Shown here piece by piece: positions 11,113 to 22,378 of a DNA stretch of 64,000 nucleotides. Below the pieces are notes generated by a model. It saw only the letters and a program-made list of their open reading frames with translations. It made no database searches and was not told the DNA's origin. The stretch is from Octopus vulgaris (Eukaryota). Within the stretch, counting starts at the first letter, position 1. The number at the start of each line of letters is the position of its first letter. The position numbers were made by a program, and so were the translations under genes. The stretch lies in the NCBI GenBank assembly GCA_951406725.2, contig OX597832.1, positions 51,088,001-51,152,000 of the forward strand, read 5' to 3'.

Positions 11113-11777
11113 TAAAGAAAAACTGTACAGATGTTTGTTGTATATTAAGTGTGATACCTATGACTCAAGGTAAACACAGCCATTTAATAAATAAAGATCC
11201 ATACAGTGAGTACCACACAAAATTACTGGAGTTGATGGAATTGATAGAAAAAAAACCCTATGAAGGTAATATTCCTCCATTGACATAGTGACATAGAAGG
11301 CATCTGTGCTGGTGACGCATAAATGGCACCCACACCAGTGACATGTAAAAGGCCCTGGTGCCAGTGACATGTGAAAGGCCCAAAAATTTGAAACCATTAA
11401 AGCAGCGAGTTGGTGGAATCATTGGCAACTCGGAGAAGAATACTTAGTGGCATTTCTTGACTTTACATTCTGAGTTGAAATTCCACTGAGGTTGACTTTG
11501 CCTTTCATCCTTTCAGGATTGATGAAAAAGTACCAGTCATGCACTAGGGGGGGGGGGTCAATGTAATCAACTACCCCCCCCCCCCTCACCAATCTCTCCC
11601 TATAGTAGAAAGGATTGTTAGTAATACACCAACATTTTAACATTTACTCCCTCTGAACTTGTGAAATTAAAATAAACAGTGGCAGCTAATATTAAGTGGT
11701 AGTTGGTTGTGTGCCTATACCTAAGAGAAAGTAAAAATGATATTCAAAGATGAAAAAGAAATAAGTACAGAACTAAC

Positions 11778-11837
11778 CTCTACCAAGACCTGGAAGTCTG
11801 TCTTCAGGTGGTGGAACATACCCACGCCCACGATGTC
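11778..11837 (-). CDS. ZC3H13: ZC3H13-like small exon (GHRGRGYVPPPEDRLPGLGR)
   Basis: Pyrimidine tract plus aag acceptor, donor AG|gttagt. 60 nt, phase 1 to 1. A GC-rich island within an AT-rich intron. Confidence 0.78.
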
Positions 11838-12537
11838 CTTTGAAGAAAGAAATGACTTTTTTTATTAAAGAAGAAAAGAATTATAGTAAAAATAATGTTA
11901 AACAGTAACAAAAAAAAAAAAACTTTAGACAAAGTCATTTCTGTAATTAGTCTAAAAATAAGAGAATAAGGTGAACTTAAGAACAAAATATTCATCTCAG
12001 TAGATAGGAGGCTTATGTTATTATAGGTAACCTACAAGAAGAAATGAAATTAACTCTGCACCCTAACAAAATACTAAATTCAACACTAAATTCAAGGTTC
12101 TTACATACAGTAAGGTGAACCTGGTCACCAAGAATCAAGTGACTTGTTCATTGAGAAACACAATGTCGTCATCATTTAATGCCTGTTTTCCATAATGGCA
12201 TGGGCTGGATAGTTTGACAGGAACTGACAAGGTAGAGGCCACACCTGGTTCTCCATAGTGTTTAGGTTTGGTTTCTACAGCTGGATGCCTTTCCTAACAC
12301 CAACTACTTTACAGAATGTATTGGGTGCTTTTTATGTGGTGCCATCACCAGTGCTTGTCAGAGACAAGATCTGAATAACTGACTTCTCAACTTAGCCATC
12401 TGCTTTAACACTGTATAAATCCTTCTAAATTCACATCTAAAAATAACTGCTTGGTATAATTATTAGGCAATGAAACAGCCTTGACATGGTAGTTGGTTCT
12501 GCTAAAAGTCATAGTGTTCTCTCAAACCACACTTGAC

Positions 12538-12697
12538 ATCATCATCATCATCGTTTAACGTCCACTTTCCATGCTAGCATGGGTTGGACGATTTTGACTG
12601 AGGGCTGGCAAACCAGAACTGCACCAGGCTCCAATCTTGATCTGGCAGAGTTTCTACAGCTGGATGCCCTTCCTAACACCAACCACTCCGAGAGTGT
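12538..12697 (-). mobile_element. SINE family A, 5'-truncated
   Basis: Tail portion only. Confidence 0.8.
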
Positions 12698-12886
12698 ACA
12701 GTCTTTAAAAAACAAAAAAGGTATACTGGATATCAATTAGTTGAGTGGCTCTTCTCTGGATACAGTCAATGATGTCTGTGTGCACAGTAGCAGCACTGTC
12801 CCAGATATGGGAGCAGCACTCCATTGTGAAAGAATGAAAGCCATCAGAAAGGGTTCACTCACACACATAAACAAAAGAAAACTTAC

Positions 12887-13021
12887 CACCAGCATCTGCT
12901 TGTCGTCCACGACTTCGTGGATTAACCCTTCCTCTTCCACGGCCACGGATCTCCCACAACTCTGATGTAGGGTCACGGAATTCTGGAGGTAGACCACGGT
13001 CATATCCAAGGGGATCTTTAG
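12887..13021 (-). CDS. ZC3H13: ZC3H13-like exon (AKDPLGYDRGLPPEFRD...RGRGRGR...)
   Basis: Acceptor tctttccag, donor G|gtaag. 135 nt, phase 1 to 1. Contains RG repeats. Confidence 0.85.
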
Positions 13022-13136
13022 CTGGAAAGAAAAACAGATTAAAAGTTAGAAACACATCATCCATGCATGTATGTATGTATGTATATGTGCACATGCACAT
13101 CCTGATCTGGAGGAAAAGAAATGTTATTTATATAAC

Positions 13137-13321
13137 TACAGAGTGGCTGTGTGGTAAGTAGCCTGCTTACCAACCACATGGTTCCAGGTTCAGTCCCACT
13201 GCATGGCACCTTGGGAAAAATGTCTTCTACTACAGCCTCGGGGCCAACCAAAGCCATGTGAGTGGATTTGGTAGACGGAAACTGAAAGAAGCCTGTTGTA
13301 TATGTATGTGTGTGTGAGTAT

Positions 13322-13380
<59 letters not shown>

Positions 13381-13590
13381 TATGTATATGCTTCTGTGTT
13401 TGTCCCCCCAACATCGCTTGACAACTGATGCTGGTGTGTTTATGTCCCCGTCACTTAGCAGTTTGGCAGGAGAGACCGATAGAATAAGTACTAGGCTTAC
13501 AAAGAATAAGTCCTGGGGTCGATTTGCTTAACTAAAGGCGGTGCTCCAGCATGGCCGCAGTCAAATGACTGAAACAAATAAAAGAAAAAA
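13137..13590 (+). mobile_element. tRNA-derived SINE family C with internal (TA)n
   Basis: A box 'tggctgtgtggtaag', B box 'ggttcagtccc'. Central microsatellite. 3' end 'ggtgctccagcatggccgcagtcaaatgactgaaacaa'. Confidence 0.87.
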
Positions 13591-14778
13591 ATATCCTATT
13601 TTGAAGAGATGCAATGTTTTACATCGACACATAAAGGCAATTACGTATTAAGGGTTTCCTTATCAAGCACCAAACCTTAGATTTTATGAAAATGGAGGAT
13701 GTCTTTCTTAGTCATTGCTAAATTTAAATGATGTGAAATAGATACAGAAATCAAAACCAAATCATATATTCAGATTACCAAGGCTATTTAACAGCACTCA
13801 CAGTATTTACATCTAGGTTGTCACGAGCCCTTAGACTCAGAGGGATAGAGTTTAGCCCAGTTTCCAATGGATTACAAAACCCCATCCCCTTGAAAAGGAT
13901 GCCAGTCCATCGTAGGGTCAACTTTCCAGCAATGGTTGGAACTCATTTACAACTGAGTGAACTGAAGTAACGTAAAATGAAAGGTTTTGCACAAGAGCAC
14001 AGCACACTGCCTAGCCTGGGAACTGAAACCACAATTTTACAAACATAAATGCAACACCCTAATCACTAGGCCATATGTTTTCATACTGACATGTAGCACT
14101 GATAAATATATTGATTTCAAATTTCGGCACAAGGCCAGCAATTTGGCGGGATGGGGTAAGTCAATTACATTAATCCCAGAGTTCAACAAGTACTTATTTT
14201 ATAAACCCCAGAAGGATGAAAGGCAAAGTTGACCATAGTGGAATTTGAACTCAGAACATGAAGATAAGGGAAAAGCTGCTGAGCATTTTACCTAGCATAT
14301 TACAATTCTGCCAGCTTGCCACCTTATTATTGATAAATATACTAAGAGGGGCAGATGGAGATTTAGCAGAAATTGATACACATTAATTTTGTTCCTCTAC
14401 ATGCTAAGTGTAAATCATATTGGGGTTAACTTTGTCTTAACTACTCCTGGGTAAGAGTATAAAAACTGCATCCTTCTGCCAAACTATGTTGAGCCAGAGT
14501 AGCAGGGTAGACTCACCAAACCAGTATGTACTCAAGCTCAAAGTCATGACCTCTATATCAGACTGTGGTAGGTAGAGATCATGCTGTGGCCTTTGTCCTG
14601 CAGTGGACTGAACATGGGCAATCTAATCTAATCCAATCAAACTTCATCTTGATAAGTAACAAGTACCATTAATATTTTTGATTCAATGAACTATAGTATC
14701 CCAACCCTGGCAATTAAAACTGGTATTGTCAAAGGAAGTTGCTAATCAAGAGAGATGGTAGGTCGAGAGATGGCAGAA

Positions 14779-15008
14779 GGCGGCAAGCTGGCAGAAACAT
14801 TAGCACGCGGGGCAAAATGCTTAGCAGTATTTCGTCTGCTGCTACATTCTGAGTTCAAATCCTGCCGAGGTCGACTTTGCTTTTTATCCTTTCGGGGCCG
14901 ATAAATTAAGTACCAGTTATGCACTGGGGTCGATGTAATCGACTTAATATGTTTGTCTGTCCTTGTTTGTCCCCTCTGTGTGTAGCTCCTTGTGGGCAGT
15001 AAAGAAAT
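14779..15008 (+). mobile_element. tRNA-derived SINE family B
   Basis: 'ggcggcaagctggcagaaac...gagttcaaatcc...gcagtaaagaaat'. 17-bp TSD aagagagatggtaggtc at 14748-14764 and 15009-15025. Confidence 0.88.
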
Positions 15009-15250
15009 AAGAGAGATGGTAGGTCTATTTACAGACTTTCAGACCTCATAGAGTATGTTGCATCGTCTTGAAAAATTAAATGTAGGCACATGCTGACTAC
15101 AGATCAGATTTCTTAGAGTTTGGACACTTTCAATCCAATTATATCACAGAAATGATCATCTAAAATTCAGAGGAGGTTAATACACTGAAAATATAGTTAC
15201 ACAATATATTCTTGTTGAAGTACACAGAAATGTAGATTTACATCAAATAT

Positions 15251-15400
15251 CATCATCATTTAACGTCCGTTCTCCATGCTAGCATGGGTTGGACGGTTCG
15301 ACCGGGGATCTGGGAAGCCAGAAGGCTGCACCAGGCTCCCGTCTGATCTGGCAGTGTTTCTACAGCTGGATGTCCTTCCTAATGCCAACCACTCCGTGAG
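15251..15400 (-). mobile_element. SINE family A, truncated
   Basis: Tail portion of family A. Confidence 0.8.
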
Positions 15401-15811
15401 TATCCACTTTTTCATGCATTCATGGGATGGATGGAGTTTTCTACAATCAGATGCCCTTCCTGTTGCCAACACATACCAGCAAGGTAATATTCCCTTATGG
15501 CCAAACATATTTTTGCAGAATAGTGGAACTGAATGACATACATTTTACAACAATTACATGTCAAATATACACACACAATGATGGACTGAAGGAGACATCT
15601 GAGTCCCACCTGCAGATGTTGCCAGTATTATGTTAAGAGAATTTAATGACTCTAGTGTTGAACTGATTCCTATAATCACTTAGTTTTACTATATTTCAAT
15701 AAAAATGAAAAACAGGTACCAGTAATATAGTCCTCTTGGACAATGAGTTGAATCCATATCATATGAGCCAATGAACAAACAACGATGTGGTGGCTATATC
15801 TCTAAGAAATA

Positions 15812-16075
15812 ATAAATAAAATAAATGCACCCTTTTAAAGCCTAGCCAGGCTCATGGGCCCGGTTTCCCAGTTTCAGTGGTGTGTGTGTTCCTCAGCTGG
15901 ACGGGACGCCAGTCCATTGCAGTGTTACTCATTTTTGCCAGTTGAGTGCACTGGAGCAACGTGAAATTAAGTGTTTTGCTCAAGAACACAGCGCGTTGCC
16001 CAGTCTAGGAATCGAAACCACAATCTTACGATCATGATGCTGACACCTCAACCACTAAGCCACGCACCTCCACAG
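15812..16075 (-). mobile_element. tRNA-derived SINE with a MetaSINE-like central domain
   Basis: Minus-strand A/B boxes (tggcttagtgg, gtttcgattcc). Core 'ggacgggacgccagtccattgcag'. 16-bp TSD atatctctaagaaata. The domain name is from memory. Confidence 0.8.
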
Positions 16076-16363
16076 ATATCTCTAAGAAATAGCAACCAAA
16101 TTTATCTCATATCATAACTCAATGTCTTAAAGGGCATGTTGGACAATTTATTCTTGGATATACCAAGAGGAAAAAAAAAGGATAGCCACAGCTTGAACAC
16201 TGCTCCTCCAATCATGGCTGACTCACGGCTAAACAACAGTAACTTAAATATCAAATATTTGCCTCTACTTCATGGAGAAAGTATTTTATCTGCTGAAATG
16301 AGAATAAATTAGACTTTTTAAAATAAATCATTAAAAACAAAAGGACAACAAACAAAAAATCAC

Positions 16364-17847
16364 CTTCTTCATATCGGGGATCTGGCCGACCAGGTTGTGG
16401 AACACGTTCATATCTTTCTCGCTCATAAAGGTCTCGACTTGATCGACCTCTTGAGCTATCATAATGAGATCGATCATCATATACGGTTCCAACAGGTTCT
16501 TCATTGTAACGCCGTCGTTCATCAAATGCATATCTGTCGGCTGGTTGGGGATATCTGTTGTCAACTCTAGTGTCAGACCGATAGTCCATGAAGCGTTCAC
16601 CACGCTCCATCATCTGTCGACCAGGGGAATAGTCACAGTTCTCAGGGAAATAATTATTGTTAGGAAGAAGTCGACTACGACCAGGTGAATCAGGAGTTGT
16701 GTGCTCCTCGTGTCTGTAGTCGTCGTTAATGTCTTTACGTCTCATCTGCATAACCTCAAATGGAGATTGTTCTCGAGTCTCCCGTCTTTGGCGGGAAGGT
16801 GATCGTGAATGGCATGAGCCATAAGATTCTTTGGGGGACAAACCTCGCCGTGAAGGATTAATTGTTGATTCTGTATGCTCGGGAAGAAGGCGTCGAGATT
16901 TAACAAAGTTCTGTTGATCCTGTACTTCAGGATTACACACAGGTATAAGCTTTTCCTCTTTGAATTGTCTTTTGCGGTCTGTACGACCCTCAGCAGAGTC
17001 AAGACTTTTATTATTACCACTACTACTACTACTGCTACTCTCTTTCTTTTTGGACAATTTTGGGTCCCTTTCAAGTTTATCATGATCCCTACTACTGCTA
17101 CTACTTACAGTTTTTATGGCCCTCTCTGGTGTGAAATCTCTGTTTCTCCGATCACGACGTTCTCTCGGTGGAGATTCATTTCTCCATTCACTCTGCCTTG
17201 AACCAGAACTTTCTGGGTACATGGCTCTGTCACTTTTACTAAGTTTCCCTCGGCTAACATGCACCCTTTCTGGTAAACGACCCTTTTTGCTTTTTCGTTT
17301 TTCTCCTTCGTGTAAAGAGGAATGAGCAGATCGGTCATCATCTGAAGACAATGACCTGTCTTTGCTTAATGGCAAAGACGGTAACTTATCAGGAGTGATA
17401 CCACGTGTTCGACTTCTCTTTCTCATGCTAAGTTTCTCGATAATAGAGTCCCTTTCTTGTGACACACCAGCCAGAGGTGAGCGCTTTGATCGCTTCTCCA
17501 AGGCTGGTGACAATGATTTCTTATGTCGAGATTTCTCACCAATACTCGGAGACCGCGAATGGCGGGATTTCTTTGAAGAAACAGAATAGCCATCACCATC
17601 ATCAAGTGGTCTAAGTGGTTTCAATTCCTTCTGCCAATCATGTTTTGGAGAGAGAACTCTTTTACTTTTGCTACTGACACTATCAAATAAGGGAGTCGGA
17701 ACTTTATGTCCCCTTAAAGATTCAAGTTCAGGAGATTTAGTTTCTGTTTCCGACAGTGATTCTTTGTGTTTCTTCTTTTTCATTCGTATTTTGTGATGTA
17801 CATCTCGATCGCGATCTCTGTCCCGTTCCCGTTCTTCACCAAGTTGT
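16364..17847 (-). CDS. ZC3H13: ZC3H13-like large exon, R/S/D/E-rich low-complexity region
   Basis: Lies inside the 549-aa ORF 16251-17900. Acceptor ctctgtag, donor G|gtgatt. 1484 nt, phase 2 to 1. Confidence 0.9.
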
Positions 17848-18019
17848 CTACAGAGAGAGGGTAAAACAAAATCGTCAATTATCGGCAAAATTTTACACAT
17901 ATACTTTAAACAAAATTAAAATACAAAAATTTAAGCAAAACTGTTTATTTGACTGAATTCTGTTTGAAACTAAGATTCTTAACAAAAATAACTAAGATCT
18001 ATAATGTGAAATACTTCTT

Positions 18020-18425
18020 ATACTCTTTTACTTGTGTCAGTCATTTGACTGCAGCCATGCTGGAGCACCGCCTTTAATCAAGCAACTTGACCCCGGGACT
18101 TATTCTTTTTGTAAGCCCAGTACTTATTCTATCGGTCTCTTTTGCCGAACCGCTAAGTAACGGGGACATAAACACACCAGCTTCGGCTGTCAAGCAATGC
18201 TAAGGGGACAAACACAGACACGCAAACACACACACGCATATATATATATACATATATACGATGGGCTTCTTTCAGTTTCTGTCTACCAAATCCACTCACA
18301 AGGCTTTGGTCAGCCCGAGGCTATAGTAGAAGACACTTACCCAAGGTGCCACGCAGTGGGACTGAACCCGGAACCATGTGATTGGTAAACAAGCTACTTA
18401 CTACACAGCCACTCCTGCGCCTATG
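18020..18425 (-). mobile_element. tRNA-derived SINE family C
   Basis: Reverse complement of 13137-13590. Confidence 0.87.
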
Positions 18426-19401
18426 TATCATCTTGGAAATTATAAATGTATGTTGAAGTAAGGAATCAAAATCATTAAGGGGAAAATATACCAGGTAGAT
18501 ACTAAAAGACAAGAGGAACTTCCGTCAGGAGTTCCGATATTGGAAGCAGCAATTTTCAAACAAGACACAAACAAATATCCTTATTAAGGACATTTCTCAA
18601 AGCAGGTGGTACCACCTCCAAGAAGACACTGGAAAACTTTATGTGGGCACTGGGTAGAGAGGAGGTGGTGGTAGATGGAGTAGGTGGCCTTAGACAGAGG
18701 AGGAGGAGGTGGTAAAAGTAGCTCTACTGTTTTCTTCATCTTTGTTTCCTATTTAGATATTAACTTTTAAAATTTTCTATGTAATATTACAGAAACTGCT
18801 TTGTAAGCCACAATCACATCAACAACAACAGTAACAATAACAACAAACTTCAAAACGTGAGTTTACTAAAATTTTCATATATACATCTGCATTTAACTTT
18901 ATTCTGAAATCATTTTTAGACTCAAATGAACTGGTGGCTTTCACAATAGATGTGACTTCATCCTAATTGAATGTTATTCAGATACAATGCAGTCGGAATT
19001 GTGTATCTTCTCTTAGATTGTATACATATAGAGAAGATATCTGTGGAATAAAATCATTTGGTAAATTCATATGCTCTATAATGTATTATGAAACTTTTAT
19101 AGCTGAACTTACAGCACTAAATAATTTGTGCATTGCATAAATCTATCCTCTCTCTCTCTCACACACACGATTGGGCTAAGAGGAACTATGTTGTGCCATT
19201 CTGCCTGTTCTGAAACCAAAGATCCAGCTTGATCAAAATTGTAAACTTTCAGTAATGAAACTCAAAGTTTTTCATACGTGAGCCATAATACCTAAAATTA
19301 CATTAGAGTAAGGTTAAGTATATATTATTAATATATACTATTAAACAGATAATAAATATACTCCAGGATGTATTATGTAATTTTTTTATCATCACTTAAT
19401 A

Positions 19402-19535
19402 TTAGGCTGAGGAAAAAGTTTGTGCCCCATGTTAAAATAATGCTTTTTTTTTTATATATTTTTGTGGTGCGTGTTCATTCATTCATGTCATGTTCAATGG
19501 TGACTCATGGCACATGAACTTTTTCCTCAACCCAA
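19402..19535. mobile_element. Mariner-type MITE
   Basis: TA-flanked TIRs ttaggctgaggaaaaagtttgtg / catgaactttttcctcaacccaa. Confidence 0.7.
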
Positions 19536-20354
19536 TACATAATGATCAATCTATGGCTACAGAGGTGGATTAACCAAGGCATGTAACTCTGATCATGTTT
19601 ATGGTTTTGTCAGTTTGCAGCAGACATTTTTAACATAAAAACAAGCCCAACAAATATGAGTCACCCACTGAACATGAAAAATTGAGTGGAAAATGAGAAT
19701 TTTTTTAAAAATATAGAATCTTATTAGCTTTTTGATACCATACACTCAACTCAAAAACACCTCTGCAAGAAATTAAGCAATATTTTATCTATTTCATGCA
19801 AATGACAGTTGTCAGTACATCATCATCATTATGATCATCATGATCATCATTTAACATCCATTTTCCATGCTGGCACAGAATGGATATTTGACATGGTCCA
19901 TAAAGCTGCAGAGCTGTGCCAGGCTCCAATGTCAGCTTTGGCATGGTTTCTACAGCTGGATGCCCTTTCTAAAGCCAACTACTGTACAGAGTGGACTGGG
20001 TACTTTTTCCATGGCACCAGCATAAGTGAGGGCACCAAGTAACTGGCAAGACAAAATAAAGAAAGAAAAAGGGAAAATCCCCATTGACTGAGTGACAGTG
20101 GGAGAGGCAGCTTTATGCTAGTTTTTTAAGGCTGAAATATGACAGAGGGACATTCCCAGGCGTCATGCTATCAAGGAGATACATGGTTGCCCCCCCACAA
20201 TATGCAAGGATCAGTGAGAGTAGCTGGAAAGAGATGAAAATGGTGGTGATAGGGTGCCAGGGCATACAATCAAGGTACAAGAAGGTAAGTACAAGGGAAA
20301 ATATACAATTATCCATTGCTGAGGAACCAGTTCTGTTAATTTTATAGAAAGAAT

Positions 20355-20545
20355 CACTGTGCTGGTGGCATGTAAAAAGCACCCACTACACTCACGGAGT
20401 GGTTGGCGTTAGGAAGGGCATCCAGCTGTAGAAACACTGCCAGATGAGACTGGAGCCTGGTGCAGCCTCCTGACTTCCCAGACCCTAGTTGAACCGTCCA
20501 ACCCATGCTTGCATGGAAAACGGATGTTAAACGATGATGATGATG
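20355..20545 (+). mobile_element. SINE family A, truncated
   Basis: Family A 3' body with (GAT)n tail. Confidence 0.82.
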
Positions 20546-21092
20546 AATGGTCATTGAAATTCAAAACAGCAAGCTATGAAATGGGAAACAATACAGCAAT
20601 CTCAGCCATTTTCACTCATTAAACTATAAATTAGGAAGACACATTAAAAATATTTAACTCTAACTTACATTTTCTTTTCTTTTGATAACTGTTCTATTGA
20701 ACTTTGTGAACTTTTGATCTTGTTAAGTGGTGATTTAGAGGTTTTATGCTTTTTCTTCTCTTTCTTTTTGCTGGAAATTAAATGGACACAAATAATATAT
20801 TATTAGAAGACAATGATGAGAAACAAAACCTAAAACGGGCAATCTTAGGTTATATTGAACTGAAAAGAAACATCTCTGATATTTAAAGGTCATACAGTTT
20901 AAAGAACAAAGTCCCCTGTGAAATACCCAAATATGAAAATAAATTGTTTTTGTTATTATTATTTCTTAAAACAAATATTAAAAATAATTGCTATCTGTAT
21001 ATTGAATGTCGAAATACTATTAGAAGGCATGATTCTGAGAGATCGTCTGAGATAAAATCTCTTCATAGACTTGTGTTACAAATACAAAATCG

Positions 21093-21226
21093 GAGAGGAG
21101 ACAAACATCATCACTGCAGTGACTCAAGAATGACAGACACATTTCGCTTTTCTTGGAGCTTGTCAATGCTATAGAAAGGCAAAATGTGTCATTTTTGTGA
21201 ATCACTGCAGCAATGATGCTCCTCTC
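21093..21226 (-). other. Long sense-strand RNA hairpin overlapping a candidate stop-containing exon
   Basis: About 50 paired positions, with 4 G-U wobbles that pair only on the minus strand. The acceptor ttctatag sits at the apex. See findings. Confidence 0.55.
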
Positions 21227-21852
21227 ATTCCAAATACATACTCTATTTTCAACACAAGACTACAAAGAGATATTTATCTCAGACATCAAACCTACTAATG
21301 GTGTGCATACATTAAGTACGATACAAGATAGTAAATTTAATTTAATGCGGTTTCAATTGTAAACACCAAGTTACTTAAACAATAACATTAAAGAGACACT
21401 GTGAAGTTGAGGTACCAAGCTACTAGCTACATACAAGCTAGAGTTCAAAGACTACTACTTCAGGCACTATAGCATACTGAATGTTATCATACAATACTGA
21501 ACGTTATGCAAATTTGGCTGACTGACATGTTCTACTCTTACTTCACAGTTGAGATGTTAGATATAAAAGCAATTACTTTAACAAAACTTATCCCATCCAG
21601 CAAAAATCTCTTGAGATATTTATGTAAAGTCAGTTTCAAATGCAAATACTATATTTGATGGCAAGTAAGACTAATTTTTTTACCCACCAAAAACTCACCC
21701 CGAGTCCAATATTATGAAGTTGGCCCACCCATAAGATTTTCCCTGAATCTGATCTGCTGAAATTGGGATGCATTAAATATGCCTGAGCATCTTTTTATGC
21801 CATAAAATATGATAATATCATAGTTAATAAATTAATATTATATACGATAACA

Positions 21853-21903
21853 GGAATCCACATCACAGTAGGTATAGAATCCACATCACAGTAGGTATAG
21901 AAT
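21853..21903. repeat. 23-bp tandem duplication
   Basis: gaatccacatcacagtaggtata repeated twice. Confidence 0.85.
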
Positions 21904-22035
21904 TCAATATAACTGATTATTGTGCCTTCGTAAGAATGTCCCAATTTACAGAGGAGTCAATACATGAATTGTCAGACAGATACGCATGAATAGTTGAATG
22001 GACAAATGTTAAAAGAAATATAAATAACCATTAAT

Positions 22036-22262
22036 TAACCCTTTAGTATTCAAATTATTCTGGCAAAAATGATGCTTGTTTATTTATATTATGCTGAATT
22101 AATCATCCATCATCTAGTAGTTTAGAGATTTCAATTATGTGATTGTTTAGTTTTAAAATGACATCGTAGGGTAGGTGTGAGAGGCCTGATCTGCTCAGTT
22201 TCAATATAAAACTGGGGGAATATTTTGGCCGGATATCGCCGGTTTGAATGCTAAAAAGTTAA
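22036..22262. mobile_element. TTAA-CCC MITE (piggyBac-like ends)
   Basis: ttaaccctttagtattcaaa ... tttgaatgctaaaaagttaa. Confidence 0.72.
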
Positions 22263-22283
22263 TATGGTTTAGAGCAAAGTTAC

Positions 22284-22378
22284 CTGGAGGGATTTAAACA
22301 TGGTTTCATGTTTTTCTTGCTGTGTTGCTTCGAAGGTTCTGGAGAACTGCGCAATGACCCTGATTCACTGCTTGTCAC
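22284..22378 (-). CDS. ZC3H13: ZC3H13-like exon (VTSSESGSLRSSPEPSKQHSKKNMKPCLNPS)
   Basis: Acceptor ttgtgcag, donor AG|gtaact. 95 nt, phase 0 to 2, which bridges the flanking exons exactly. Not in the ORF track. Confidence 0.82.

Noticed and set aside
16464-17956. Plus-strand ORFs overlapping the large exon
   Set aside because: Antisense shadows of the ZC3H13 coding exon with no independent signal.
21093-21226. SECIS or C/D snoRNA reading of the hairpin (ATGA, AAAA, GTGATGA present)
   Set aside because: No GA on the 3' side to form the SECIS quartet, and no box D CTGA at a suitable distance on the minus strand.
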